A stretch of 55,032 nucleotides of DNA from a virus (IMGVR_UViG_3300045996_000451:1-55032); one strand, 5' to 3'. Positions 26,201 through 35,532 are shown, counted from the first letter of the stretch. Notes: generated by a model from the sequence alone, not told the origin. Numbers and translations are program-made.

Positions 26201-28946
26201 AAAAACTCCTTTGCCCCGGATTCGCTTTTTCCGCCTGTAGTTCCTTGATGTATGAGTATATTTCCTTGCCGTCCATGTATTTCGGGTCGGGCAATTTAAT
26301 ACCCTTCAAGGCTTCCCGAACTTCAGGCGTCTGTTCGCTTAACGGTTTATCCCAATCCAACAGGCGCGGCAATACGGAATCGGGGATGTCGAGGGAGTAG
26401 AGGGAACCTTCATTTTCGGGTTCCCCCCTCTTCCGTCGCCCTAATTGGTCTAGGCTTTCTTTCGTCAGCTTAATGAAACTGTCCCGCCTATCGCTTTGCG
26501 GCATGGCTTCATAGCCCGATAGCCTTTTCTCTAACCCCGCGATGGCTTCGTCCAATCCGCCAAACTGGTTTATGAAGTTATCGGCTTGCGCTGCGGAAGC
26601 GGTAAGTTTTTCCCTGTACTCTCTTGCTACCCCCTGATTCTCAGCACTGTACCACCCCCATCCGAACGCTTGCGCGCCCTCGCCCGTGCCCATCTTGTCG
26701 AGCCGGGGGCGCCCGTGCGGGAATCCCGGTTCCGGTGCCCATACGTGCGGGGTACCGTGGAATACGGACTGGTTGAATACTTGGGGTTCCCTGCGCATTT
26801 CCGGTTCGCCTAGTGCGTTTATGGTCCGCCCGGTCTTGACGAACCCTAGCGATTCATAAAACGTTATCAGCTTGCCGGTACTGGTTTTCTTGTCCAGCGA
26901 AGACGCGTCCAAGGTAACGGCTTTCCCTTCCCGGTCGGCTTGCTGTAGGAACTGTACCATTGCTTGCCGTGCGCTGCCCTTGCCGCGTTTGGCTTGCGGG
27001 GTACGTACAGAGTAAATCTTTAGCGCGCCGTCTTCCATTCCATAGGATAAGGTGCTGTCCCCTACTTTCGCGTCCTTGATTCCGGGCGAGAAATCGAACG
27101 TGTCTTCGCCCTGGTTCAAAATATTCCCGGTATTCATCGGCGCGAAATTCAACGGCATTTGCTTGTACAGTTCCGAAGGCGTAATCCCCATCTTCGCCGC
27201 GTTGACGGCGTAGAATTCCCGGAACGGCACAGCGTACGCCGCGTTCACTTCGGACGTAAACCGCCCTGCCTTGTTCATTTGTTCCAGTATGGTGTCGTGG
27301 ACTTTTTGTACATCGGCTTTATATTCTTCCGTGGTACCCGCGTCTGCCATCAGGCTCGCGGCTTGCGCACTCAAGTCGTCTTTCTGTGACTGGTAGAACT
27401 GCTGGGCTTCCGTGTATGTCAAGCCGTCCGGGGACGCGCGCAAGTGGTCGATGATTCCTTTTTCGACATCGGTACCCGCCACATACGTAGCGTAGTCCGC
27501 CAAGCTGATACGCACTTCGCCGTTTGTCTTCGCCGCTTCGCCTAGCTGCTGGGCGACTTCCGGCATTTTCCGTTCAATCTCAGCCATGTTAACGCCGGAC
27601 TGGTTGAGTACATTTTCCAGTGTTTTACCGTCCACGTAAACGTCCGACAGGTTCCCGTCTTCCGACATGGTGGATATGAAATCGTGGAAGGCTTGCGGGT
27701 CGCGCTCGCGCAGCGGGTGCTTGCCGGCCATTTCGCCCAATTGCTGAATGGTCAAGTGGTTTTCTTCCGCGCGCTGGGCTTTACCCAAGTCGGTGGCCAG
27801 TGAACGCTGCAGGGTTTCCATGCCCTTGGCTACCGCCTTGGCGCCGCCTACCTGGATGGACCCGCCTACCGCCGTGGCGATAAGGGTTTCGAGTGCGGCT
27901 TCCGGGCGTTCTGCCAGGTAATCGCTGAACGGCTTTTCCGGGTTCAGGGTCGCCCACTTGTCCAAGTCCTGCAGGGCGGTTGCCGCCTGTTCGCCGACGC
28001 CTTCCCGAATCATGAACTCGGTAGCGGTACGCACCAGTCCCGTTTTCATTGTCAAGTTCTTAACGAGGTTCCCCATCGGGAACAGTTCGGTAGCGTATTC
28101 GATGACGCCCTGTTTCGTGGCGTGGATCAGGGCTTCGTTCAGTGGTAGCCCCTTGTCGGTCGCTTCCCCGAGTGCGTTACCTGCGGTAATGCCGGATAGC
28201 CCCGCCAGGATGGGCACAGGCGAGCCGCTAGCCACGGATAGGGGCAACGCCATCAGTGTGGTGGCTGCGGACTCCACGCCGCTGTATACACCCCGTTCCA
28301 GTACACTCAAACCGCTCTGGTTCGGTCGCAAGTCTTTCGCCATTCCCAATTGGCGGTTACGGAAATCCGCCGCCGTGCTTCGCAGCATTTCGCCCACGTC
28401 CGGCGAACCGATGGTATCGGCTAGCGGCTTCGTGGCGTTGACTGACAATATCGAACCGGCCGCCTGTACGAAACTCCAAATAGCCGCGTTCGCGTTCGGC
28501 AATGCGGCGGCCGCGGATCCGGCGAGGTTCTTACCGACTTGCAGGGCGTCGCCCGCGAGTGACGGCAACCCGCGGGCGGTGGTTTCAATCTCGCCCAGGG
28601 TGAGTATGTCCTTACCAGCTACCGCTGCGTAATTGGGGTTCTGTGCCCACTTCGCCAGAGCGGGGTACTTCGTCATGATGTCCTGTGCGCGCGTGTTCTT
28701 CAGGAACGCCTGTTCCTCTGCCTGTGCGGTCGGCGGGAGTATGGCGGCGGGCATGCCCAGTTCGCCGGACAACTTGCGCCGCTTGGCTTCGTCTACCGGG
28801 TTCGCGGTGGCCGCGCGCTGCAGGTTCATGCCGAGCGTATCCAGTGCCGGGTTCACCGGGGCGGGTACGGCGGGAAGCGGTGCGGGGGGTAATCCTTTGC
28901 GCTGGTTGTCGATGTCGTCCAGAATCTTTTCGTAGTCGTATGGCAA
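20292..28946 (-). CDS. Giant internal virion/ejection protein with polyvalent effector domains (GNAT, three ART-PolyVal, zincin-like HExxH)
   Basis: Follows the tail tube and ejection genes; RGKGSA..FYESLGF GNAT; FHGT...GxY...GxDG ART repeats; LHEGAH...HEQ. Confidence 0.85.
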   Translation of the reverse strand: MPYDYEKILDDIDNQRKGLPPAPLPAVPAPVNPALDTLGMNLQRAATANPVDEAKRRKLSGELGMPAAILPPTAQAEEQAFLKNTRAQDIMTKYPALAKWAQNPNYAAVAGKDILTLGEIETTARGLPSLAGDALQVGKNLAGSAAAALPNANAAIWSFVQAAGSILSVNATKPLADTIGSPDVGEMLRSTAADFRNRQLGMAKDLRPNQSGLSVLERGVYSGVESAATTLMALPLSVASGSPVPILAGLSGITAGNALGEATDKGLPLNEALIHATKQGVIEYATELFPMGNLVKNLTMKTGLVRTATEFMIREGVGEQAATALQDLDKWATLNPEKPFSDYLAERPEAALETLIATAVGGSIQVGGAKAVAKGMETLQRSLATDLGKAQRAEENHLTIQQLGEMAGKHPLRERDPQAFHDFISTMSEDGNLSDVYVDGKTLENVLNQSGVNMAEIERKMPEVAQQLGEAAKTNGEVRISLADYATYVAGTDVEKGIIDHLRASPDGLTYTEAQQFYQSQKDDLSAQAASLMADAGTTEEYKADVQKVHDTILEQMNKAGRFTSEVNAAYAVPFREFYAVNAAKMGITPSELYKQMPLNFAPMNTGNILNQGEDTFDFSPGIKDAKVGDSTLSYGMEDGALKIYSVRTPQAKRGKGSARQAMVQFLQQADREGKAVTLDASSLDKKTSTGKLITFYESLGFVKTGRTINALGEPEMRREPQVFNQSVFHGTPHVWAPEPGFPHGRPRLDKMGTGEGAQAFGWGWYSAENQGVAREYREKLTASAAQADNFINQFGGLDEAIAGLEKRLSGYEAMPQSDRRDSFIKLTKESLDQLGRRKRGEPENEGSLYSLDIPDSVLPRLLDWDKPLSEQTPEVREALKGIKLPDPKYMDGKEIYSYIKELQAEKANPGQRSFSPSEVNRHDKAASEYLASIGIVGNRYLDGGSRADGKGTYNYVLWDQPTIDKVALLERNGEKLDAMRELAQSPMIPQTETPEFKAWFGDSKVVDAEGNPLRLFHGTDKTFDKFDLKKFGQKDSGWYGKGIYLTADTHAASGYATYESKKDKFAESGGANVMPVYVSLKNPYYWPKGRVAATNAEETKAITEELLAAGHDGVIVPNEYADPESADFYEVIAFSPDQIKSAIGNNGQFAGDTLLNQENRAGYNPDTFTISLLKGADLSSTLHEGAHFYLEALADLASRPEAPQQIKDDFRKTLEWFGITGNENTDGGTRGGDLGQSPLNENFRVWSNNAPLVTSAQAETHQFKTGEKIVVEAFHGTGRPDRVGDKFLKKRATSGPMAYHTSSPALASNYASGKMDTSLANEDQDYSNWFKVKVPGSRNPVDIARAWYSLDSETKARIAEIAPTLRLDDDAENVISEDGNTSGNGSYDYNVQQTRTYYDRRGNPLRALVEDWLSSGTLFNNEELFMRVLKEAGMPMKDVTYDSPHSSFPFVYKNYIAMRSPLVTSDIPASVGEALNAAAKRDRSKAKLGGADAWDKNNRTMRDWVEEFNNANGKESHVWTSIPDKVTEVLKSLGYDGIVDWSGKNKGGGVVAPVYIPFEETQVKSALGNKGKFNTSKNNILNQGGDPGTPGDLPPGRTPEEVWASMSLDQKRPYHEQWAQSFERYMLEGKAPTTELQPVFARFRAWMLNVYKSLEAFLKQNPLAGKLNDEVRGIFARLIAAGESIKATEAVRGYAPLFETAEDAGVTPKQFQEYIDLGEQATEQAIDDLSARSLRDMKWLSNAKERVIKELQNEAKAKRKAVEEEVRREVMAEPIEVARTFLKTGELPGMQTEPPLVPGMVRVYHSGSAGNGTDGRWVSTDRTYASDYRADLPLFYTDLPENDPRVNNPDYEDQGVKQGFTFNFELKPEEAAALSEISRGSKAGFKLDTAALDELFPAGGTVTLDRAKLRGMTAKDGLSPDLAAQMFGYPSGESLILDLANSESAKDKIEGTTDQRMLERHGELSSEEDIERAAEAAIHNEARAKFMATGLKILAKSPIPATQINRAAKAAAENAIASRKVRDLRPAQYERAETKANKEALKLAAKDPKAAVSAQRAALLNNRLAKAAAEASKEVEKILRYVAKFQTEGTRKALDIDYMEQIDDLLRPFDFRKGQTLSQIDKRQSLADWVSQQEAMGFEPAIDPALLDAAKLKSYKNMTVEELRGFADSIKQIEHLGRLKKKLLLAKDQREFDAIVLEGLDAIEANANRTVEERATPTDAIGIAGKWWRQMTADHRKFSSIMREMDGGKDNGFMFNFFLKPMNEAGDNETQMKAAATEALAKLFKQITTNPVTGNLYAKKRMVPGTNLSMTHEQRIMFAMNWGNEGNRQRLMDGGITGNRALSIQQAEAVLDTLTEAEWNFVQGVWDYIAEFKPQVAALERRLTGVEPEWIEPAPIKTKYGTYKGGYFPVKYDAELSSRSESFEAATDLRMGMKGAFNASATRNGFTKARADAVMNRPILLSYNAIAQHVSEVTHRLAWQEWLIDSNRLLKALDNPIRQHYGAEILRTLRDTVVDIAAGDAPAKNGTETAINRLRVGSTVVGMGWRVTTALLQPSGLAQSWVRVGGKYMARGVAQFMKSPLASGEFVNSKSKLMTDRGRTMQREINEVLNTIRAGDKVSAFKASYFTLIGKMQRTVDIPTWLGAYEKATDQLNLQNAGSADERKAIEEQAAALADQSVLDAQSGGQLKDLAKVQRGSPLQKIFTNFYSYFSATYNLNVEAVRRTSFKSPSQVAMLATDLVLLNSVPVLFSVALKELLKGECGEDLECLTKKLGHEQLGFLFGQMVLLREMGVAIDVAAGGQGFGYQGPAGLRFFADLYKLGQQANQGDADMAFFKAANQVGGALLHYPAGQINATVEGIMAIEEGKVDGMGILPALVAGPPKK

Positions 28947-28955
28947 GATAACCCC

Positions 28956-29126
28956 TTATTTTATGTCGGCCGTCTTTTCGTAATACCAGATGTGTTCTAG
29001 CGGGTAATTCCGCACTGCCCCGTCTTCCATCACGATTGCGAGCGTGTGACCCTCTTGGTAGTAGGTTTTCACGTTGTCAAACTCAATTTTACAAAGCGTG
29101 TCTTTAGGGCTTACGAGTATCTTCAT
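28956..29126 (-). CDS. Small hypothetical protein (56 aa)
   Basis: ATGA overlap and AAAGGA RBS; MKILVSPKD...TADIK. Confidence 0.55.
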   Translation of the reverse strand: MKILVSPKDTLCKIEFDNVKTYYQEGHTLAIVMEDGAVRNYPLEHIWYYEKTADIK

Positions 29127-30886
29127 TTCGGTATCCTTTTTACGTTTTCACTTTCCCCGTTCTGCATTTGCAGGTACGCGGCTATCGCTTCGGCTTCGGT
29201 CGGTACGGTCCGCTTCTTCAATCGCGCAATCTCGCGCATACCGGACACGAACCCGTAGGCGTCTTCCATCTTCGCGATGTCGTTACCAAAAATCCCCTTG
29301 ACTTGCGCATGGAAGGCGGCGGGTACCGCTTTCCGTGCCGGGTCGAGTGCGTACGCTTCCCGCTCGTTGGTACCGAAAAACCGTCCCGCTTCAATGTATG
29401 TTTCGCTGCCCGTGCGCAAGAGTGCTTTTTGTTCTTCCAGTGTCGGCTTCCTTTTTTCTGTCTCTAAAAACTGTTGCAGTTTCGATTCTACCACGCCTTT
29501 ATATGCGCGTGTCTTTTGTGTGTCACCTTGCGCGCTCGCGGGTACGGAACTGTTAAACAGGTCGCTATCAATCTGGAATTTGGCTACCCCCGATTGCTGG
29601 TTCTTCTGTTCGGCAAGTAATTGCTTCACCAGTGGCGCCCCTATCTGTGGTGACATGGCGTAAATCTGCGCGCGTGACATGCTGGCAAATTCCGGCGATT
29701 CCAGCGTATCCAGGAACGCGGCGTATATCTTCGGGTCTTCCGCTTTCTTCGCCGCCGCGCGGTCGCTCGCTACCCGGTTGAATTCGCTCGTCGCCTGTGC
29801 GTTCTTGCGCATGTATTCGGCCACCGGACCCCGTTGTTCCGGCGTCAGTGCCCGGTACTCGGGGCTGTTCATTATGCTGTTCATGGCCGCCGTGTTCGCG
29901 CCATTGGTCGAAAACTTTTCGATAATCGAACCCTTCGCGTTCTCGTCTTGCACTTTGACCGCCTGTGTCAATTGTCCGAAGATGGATTGCGCTTGCTGGT
30001 GTATGCCGGGAGTATCCGCCTTGCTTATGAGATACGCTTCCACGTCAACAGCACTCTTACCCGATTGCAGCATCTTGAAGGCTTCAGTGCCCAAGTCGCG
30101 GCCGCGCGCGAAGTCGGTAGCGGGCTTGATTTGCCCTTCGACCGCTTTACGCTGTTGCGGCGTCATGAATTCCTTGTTTGCGTCGTAGTACGATTTCGCG
30201 TACCCGGCGTTATCGTTGTTTATCGCCGCGAGTACGACCGCCGAATGCACGCCGCCCTCTACCTCTTGTTGTTGGACGGCGCGTATGGTCGGGTCTTTCA
30301 TCCCGAGCCGGTCGAGCCGGTCCGCCGTGGCGACGTTCGCCTTTATCACTGCGGCTTCGATAGCCTTGGGATCCTGCCATGTGGTCGCCGCCGCGTTCTG
30401 CGTCGCGGCTATCGTGCCGTTGTAAACCTGATCTTCATACTTCACCGACTCGCCGATGGCGTGTTGCATCATCCCGGCTTGGAACTGTACGCGCTGCTGT
30501 TTCGCGTTCTGTTCGAACAACAAACGTTGTTGCGGCGTCAGTTTGGTAGCCAGCCCCATTACGGCGGTGTCGAATGCTGAGACGTGCTGTTTATGGTAGT
30601 CGGGGGTCAACACATCCCCGCCCATCGCCCGTTTATATCCCTTCTCGCCCAGTGTCATTTCTTGCTGGTGCGTCTCAAGCTGGTTGAGTGCGTCCTGAAC
30701 CCGGACCTTATCCAGGTGGTCCTGTTGCCGCGCGACCGTGTATTGCAGGTTGTTGCCCTGGTTCTCGATGACCCCACCCATCTGTTGCAGTGCGGCGCCG
30801 ACATGCCCGCCGCGGTAGGTGGCCACCGTGGTATTGGGTTGAACCGATAGCCGGTTCAGTGCATTGGGATCTGGTAGTTGTGGCAT
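29123..30886 (-). CDS. Internal virion (ejection) protein
   Basis: Helical Ala/Gln-rich protein; MPQLP start overlaps the upstream stop; conserved position in podoviruses. Confidence 0.7.
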   Translation of the reverse strand: MPQLPDPNALNRLSVQPNTTVATYRGGHVGAALQQMGGVIENQGNNLQYTVARQQDHLDKVRVQDALNQLETHQQEMTLGEKGYKRAMGGDVLTPDYHKQHVSAFDTAVMGLATKLTPQQRLLFEQNAKQQRVQFQAGMMQHAIGESVKYEDQVYNGTIAATQNAAATTWQDPKAIEAAVIKANVATADRLDRLGMKDPTIRAVQQQEVEGGVHSAVVLAAINNDNAGYAKSYYDANKEFMTPQQRKAVEGQIKPATDFARGRDLGTEAFKMLQSGKSAVDVEAYLISKADTPGIHQQAQSIFGQLTQAVKVQDENAKGSIIEKFSTNGANTAAMNSIMNSPEYRALTPEQRGPVAEYMRKNAQATSEFNRVASDRAAAKKAEDPKIYAAFLDTLESPEFASMSRAQIYAMSPQIGAPLVKQLLAEQKNQQSGVAKFQIDSDLFNSSVPASAQGDTQKTRAYKGVVESKLQQFLETEKRKPTLEEQKALLRTGSETYIEAGRFFGTNEREAYALDPARKAVPAAFHAQVKGIFGNDIAKMEDAYGFVSGMREIARLKKRTVPTEAEAIAAYLQMQNGESENVKRIPK

Positions 30887-31440
30887 TATGCGAACCCCGA
30901 CAAGCCGCCGCCGGTCGTGGCACTGTATCCGCCGTACCCACTGGGGGAACCCTGTCCGAACCAACCGCCGTTATTGAACTTGGAACCGGCCATCGCCGCG
31001 TTTCCGGCACCACCTAGCATGGTGGTCAACGCCGCCAGCTTGGAAGCCCGCTTCGCTTGCTTGGCTTCGTACATGCCGACCGCCGCCTGGTTGCGCATGC
31101 CGCGCGCGGATTCGTTCGCGTTATACATTGCAGTATCGGCGGCGAGTTGTCCTTCCCCGGCAAGCCCTGAGATAATCCGCAGTACGTCGGGATCGACCGC
31201 ACCGGCACCGGACGCACCGGCCACGGCTAGGGCGCGCGATTGCGTCAACGCGGATTGGCGCATTTGCACCTGCGCGTCGCGCTGCCCCGCGCCTTCCGCT
31301 TGGTTTGCGTTCTGCCGTAGCTGGTTCGCCTGGAACTTCGCCGCTTTGTATTGTTCCTTACCCTGCTCTAGTGTCCCGTAAGCACTTAGCAGCGAACCCC
31401 CTATCGCCATCCCGCCAGCTATTGCCGCCATTTGAGCCAT
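30886..31440 (-). CDS. Small internal virion (ejection) protein
   Basis: GGAGG RBS; Ala/Gly-rich, resembling T7 gp14-position proteins. Confidence 0.7.
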   Translation of the reverse strand: MAQMAAIAGGMAIGGSLLSAYGTLEQGKEQYKAAKFQANQLRQNANQAEGAGQRDAQVQMRQSALTQSRALAVAGASGAGAVDPDVLRIISGLAGEGQLAADTAMYNANESARGMRNQAAVGMYEAKQAKRASKLAALTTMLGGAGNAAMAGSKFNNGGWFGQGSPSGYGGYSATTGGGLSGFA

Positions 31441-31784
31441 CGATAGACCTCCTCCCCTTCGCTGTTCACTTCCACGAACTCGAAACCGAATCTTGCCATT
31501 AACCGTTTCGCGCCCTTTTCTTGTTTGTTTGCGACCGCATACACGATACTGTATCGCTGCATTATTTCGTATACCATAAGTGCGGCTTTGACGATACTCT
31601 TTTTGTATTTGCGGGCTTCCTCTTTGAATTCCGAGAATACTATTATGTTGTCGTGATCGAAACAAACCCCGGCGATACCGACTACCTTACCGTCCAGCAG
31701 CCCGACGATTCCCCGCACCGACATTATCGGCTTGCCGCCGTAATACTCTTCGACGTGCTTCTGTGAGGCAGGTACCAGTTCCAC
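31419..31784 (-). CDS. GNAT-fold virion morphogenesis protein
   Basis: GIAG...RLMARFGFE; T7 gp13-like position. Confidence 0.6.
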   Translation of the reverse strand: MELVPASQKHVEEYYGGKPIMSVRGIVGLLDGKVVGIAGVCFDHDNIIVFSEFKEEARKYKKSIVKAALMVYEIMQRYSIVYAVANKQEKGAKRLMARFGFEFVEVNSEGEEVYRWLKWRQ

Positions 31785-34444
31785 TACCTTGTCCCCTTGT
31801 CCACGCTCACGACCGCCGCCATGACCGTACAGGGGCGCGGTGCGGTACCCTTAAGGTACAGCCGGGTATCCGTGGTCTGGAAGGTGCCGTTTAGGGGAAA
31901 CGAGCCCTGGTCGTAGCTATCCCAGATGTAGTCCGCTGCCGTTTCGGTACCGTCTTCCATCAGGGGCAGGTTGTCCAGGTGGTCGGCGTCCTGCCCGTAC
32001 TCCAATCCCTGGTAATGCGTGTTGGCGAGTATCAAGCCCAGCCGGTCGATACGCTTGGTCTGTGTCAGCACTGCGGGACCGTATATGGAAACCCCTATCT
32101 TCGCACTGTTGAACCGGGCTTCGTACCCGAGTCCGGCAATTGCGTAGGTGGTGGCTTCGGGCAGAGTGATGGTACCCCCGCCGGACACGGTGAAGGTGCC
32201 CTGGTCTTTCGAGTTCGCCCAGCATACAACGGATTCACCAACAAGGTGGCCGAGTCCGGTTATGGTCGTGGTGGACGCGCCACTGTACACGACATAGGAA
32301 TCGGCCATCTTGTTGATGACCCCGCCTTCTGCTTCACTGGCCAGTGCCCAGCGTTCGAGGTACCGCACCGTGGATCCGTTGACGGTGCGATTCACGACAT
32401 AGTAAACTTGATCTTCAGGGGCGCCCGGGAGTACGACCACATCTTCTATAAGCCCGTCGGTTTCTATCGTCAACAAGCACTTGACATCTTCCGCACGGTC
32501 GAATATCAACATGACCACAACACCGTCGGACCGTACCAGGTGGATACGGGTATCCGGGCGCCGCTGTACCCCCATGCGCACAATCTCGGGTAGGCATATT
32601 TCCGGGTTGATAACCGTCAATTCTTTTGTCTCGAGCGTTGCCGAGTCCGTTACCACTTCCATCACGCGCGAGCCGGTGCGGTCCACGAAGATACCGCCCG
32701 AGTCTATCTTCGTCGCTTCGACGTTGCCGGATCCGTAGGTAGTGGATTCCCGCATGTTGAAGTTGTTGGGGGTAAGCGGTTCTTCCAGGCTGGACGAGCG
32801 GCACAGGAATTCGGCGCCTTGCGCCCCAAGGGTCAACGTTTGCAGGGGCAGTAACCAGTTTATCGAGTCCACCGGACCGGCGCCGATACTCCGGTTAATC
32901 GGTCCGGCGTCGCCCAGGTATTCTTCGTCGAAGTCGTTGAACGCATCGACAACGGAACCTTGTACCCTGTCCTTCCCGGCCCACCACAACCGCCCACCGA
33001 AGAACGTAGCGGCGGAAGGGTATCCGCGGTAGTCCGACCAGGAACCTTCCTGCCAATCCGCGCTCGCGGTGGTCGAGCCGAAGTCGCGCAGTACAACCGC
33101 TGTTAACTGGGTGGAACTTACAAAAGATGTTGCGCGGGCGGTGCCGGATATTGAACCGGTCGAAATGGACAGGCTTACCGCTGCGGTCCCGCTGGTGTAG
33201 TTGCCGGTCTTGATCCCGATGCGGTAATAGATGATCTGGTTATCGTATCCGTCTTCGTGCGTCAATGCCTGGTTGGTCGTGTAGTTCACTACGTCGGTCC
33301 ACGAACCGGGGGCGCCCGGGGACCGTTGCACCGTTACGGTCGCGGTCCAGGTGCCTGTTATCGTGATGGTGAAGCCGCGCGATGCACCAATACCCGTGAC
33401 ACGGATAGGGTTCGAGAACGTATCCGCCGCCGAGATGGAGGAAGATACGGTTTGCCCTTGGCTGTTGATCTTGAATAACCCACCTACGTGGGTGGATTTG
33501 AACATGGGCTTACTGGCTACCAGGTTTACGTTTCCATTCAAGGCACTGGGCGCGAGGGTTATGGTTCCGCTATTCGCGGCGCGGAATGGTCCCGTTTCCG
33601 AGACGTAATCCACCATGGACCAGCTTGTAGACGAACGGCGTTCAATCCGTTGCTGCCGGTGCGTCACTCCACAGGCGAGGAACAGCACATCGCCGGATTG
33701 CGTATACCGTACGTCGTCGATCAAATCGGCGGTAAGGGTGGTGGTTACTTCCATCGCTCCGGCGGATTCGATAGCGCACGAGTCCACGTCGCAAAGATAG
33801 TTATTGCGGTTCATGAACCGGACGTAAAAGTTCGCACCCGTCGGGGTGAACGTCAGTGAATGCCAGCCGTACGCCAGTTCGGTTTCTTCGATGTACTCTT
33901 CCCCGCCCGACGTGCTGCCCACCCGCAGTAATACCGTGCCGTTTATTATATGTATCTTGAGGGCGTGTTCCACGTTCCGGTCGGCAAGGGCGACGGCCAC
34001 GGTTTGTTCGCGTCCGGCGTAGTTCGTGCCGTCCCCGGTCAGCCCCATGTACCCGCCGGTCCGCCATGCCGATGTCCCGCCTACCTCATCCACGTCACCC
34101 CAGTTTGTGAGGTCGGTGGTGAAGCTGCCGTTAGATATGGCGGTGGATACTGAAGGGCGGGTAATCAGTGCGTCGTCTACCCAAACCCGCATCACGTTGT
34201 TTGTGAGTTCGATCAGTGCGGTATCGGTGGTAGAGAATACGAACGGCAGGAACCGGGCGGCCGCGTTGCTTTTCGTGGCACCGAGGTACCCCAGTCCGGG
34301 ACGCACGGACATGGGACCGAGGGTACGGGCTACCCAGTTACATTGTTCTTCGGCGGACATCGCCACGCGCTTGATGTCAACGCGTGCCAGTGCCTTGGGG
34401 CTTACTACCCCGCGGTTGAATGTCAACTGGATATCATCAGCCAA
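31784..34444 (-). CDS. Tail tubular protein B (nozzle)
   Basis: FNRG..SP, RPG..Y, YTQSGDVLF, YP....F..RLW; size and position. Confidence 0.85.
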   Translation of the reverse strand: MADDIQLTFNRGVVSPKALARVDIKRVAMSAEEQCNWVARTLGPMSVRPGLGYLGATKSNAAARFLPFVFSTTDTALIELTNNVMRVWVDDALITRPSVSTAISNGSFTTDLTNWGDVDEVGGTSAWRTGGYMGLTGDGTNYAGREQTVAVALADRNVEHALKIHIINGTVLLRVGSTSGGEEYIEETELAYGWHSLTFTPTGANFYVRFMNRNNYLCDVDSCAIESAGAMEVTTTLTADLIDDVRYTQSGDVLFLACGVTHRQQRIERRSSTSWSMVDYVSETGPFRAANSGTITLAPSALNGNVNLVASKPMFKSTHVGGLFKINSQGQTVSSSISAADTFSNPIRVTGIGASRGFTITITGTWTATVTVQRSPGAPGSWTDVVNYTTNQALTHEDGYDNQIIYYRIGIKTGNYTSGTAAVSLSISTGSISGTARATSFVSSTQLTAVVLRDFGSTTASADWQEGSWSDYRGYPSAATFFGGRLWWAGKDRVQGSVVDAFNDFDEEYLGDAGPINRSIGAGPVDSINWLLPLQTLTLGAQGAEFLCRSSSLEEPLTPNNFNMRESTTYGSGNVEATKIDSGGIFVDRTGSRVMEVVTDSATLETKELTVINPEICLPEIVRMGVQRRPDTRIHLVRSDGVVVMLIFDRAEDVKCLLTIETDGLIEDVVVLPGAPEDQVYYVVNRTVNGSTVRYLERWALASEAEGGVINKMADSYVVYSGASTTTITGLGHLVGESVVCWANSKDQGTFTVSGGGTITLPEATTYAIAGLGYEARFNSAKIGVSIYGPAVLTQTKRIDRLGLILANTHYQGLEYGQDADHLDNLPLMEDGTETAADYIWDSYDQGSFPLNGTFQTTDTRLYLKGTAPRPCTVMAAVVSVDKGTR

Positions 34445-35066
34445 TTAGATTTGTCCTCGATCCGCGGTCGCCGCGCCCGCCGGAACGGGAACGTACCCAG
34501 CTACCGGACGGTAGAAATTGCGTCGGACCCGAAACCGCATCCTTCGCTTGCGCGTCTTCCTTGGCGATGTTCAGTTGCGTCATGATGGAACGGGTATCGA
34601 GGTTCGGACGCAGCCGGGGCGCGACACGGGTAGCCAGATAGAGGGACACGTACAGGGTGAACGTTTCCGGCCATAACGCATAGTCCGTTCCGTAGGCCGC
34701 GTCGTCCGATACGTAGGCCACATACAGGGTATCGGCGTTCGTATACCAGTATTCCGCGGCTTCGGACATGCCGACCAGCGGCACCTGGAAGAATTCGTCC
34801 AGGCACATTTTCGATAGCTTCACCATGTCGGTGGGTTTCGCGAATGCGCGGTTATAGCCGAATGACGGCGTAATCAGGGGGTCGTACGACAGTTCGGCTT
34901 GCTTCATTGCGAACTTCCAGTGCGCGTGTTCCAGGCAGTACCGGCGAACCCCCGGCCACATCTGGTCGAGAATGCGGCGGGGTTCGGTGTTCTCGGATAT
35001 ATTGGCAAGCAACCGCTCGCCGATATGCCCGAGTGCATCATTGTACAGAGTGAGTTGTGTGGTCAC
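34437..35066 (-). CDS. Tail tubular protein A (adaptor)
   Basis: N.AL..IGE, W.FA, P.D motifs; position. Confidence 0.85.
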   Translation of the reverse strand: MTTQLTLYNDALGHIGERLLANISENTEPRRILDQMWPGVRRYCLEHAHWKFAMKQAELSYDPLITPSFGYNRAFAKPTDMVKLSKMCLDEFFQVPLVGMSEAAEYWYTNADTLYVAYVSDDAAYGTDYALWPETFTLYVSLYLATRVAPRLRPNLDTRSIMTQLNIAKEDAQAKDAVSGPTQFLPSGSWVRSRSGGRGDRGSRTNLIG

Positions 35067-35485
35067 TTGATGTCAGCTTCGTACGTGGCGAGCCAGGTTT
35101 TTGCTTCGGCGGCGGAAGCAAATCCGGCTTTGACTACCACCTTGTCGGCGGTACGCACTACCGAATGCTTGTGTACCATGCCGCGCCACACGACCACGTA
35201 TTCGGCCCCGGGTGCCTCTTCAGGCTGGCTTTCGCTCATTTCCACGAAACGCAAGGGAAAGACTTTCGCCCAGTTCTTGCCGCAGGAAAGGACGATGAGT
35301 TCGGCGAACCATGCGCCGTCTTCGGCCAAAACTTCGATACGGTCGGTCGGGTGAAGGGTTGGTGCTACGTGCGTCCAGTATCTCGGGTCCAGTACGTCGT
35401 CGTATTTGGTCCCTATTTCCGGTGTTGCCGAGAAGATATTACGTACATATTCTGCGCTCTTGACACGGTTCAGTAAGATGGGCAC
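35063..35485 (-). CDS. Hypothetical structural-region protein
   Basis: CAGGAG RBS; ORF between head and tail genes. Confidence 0.65.
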   Translation of the reverse strand: MPILLNRVKSAEYVRNIFSATPEIGTKYDDVLDPRYWTHVAPTLHPTDRIEVLAEDGAWFAELIVLSCGKNWAKVFPLRFVEMSESQPEEAPGAEYVVVWRGMVHKHSVVRTADKVVVKAGFASAAEAKTWLATYEADIK

Positions 35486-35502
35486 TGTTCTACTCCTGAA
35501 TT

Positions 35503-35530
35503 AAAAAGGCGGACATGTTTCCATGTCCGC
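35503..35530 (-). terminator. Terminator-like hairpin
   Basis: GCGGACATG..CATGTCCGC with a T-tract on the minus strand. Confidence 0.65.
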
Positions 35531-35532
35531 AA

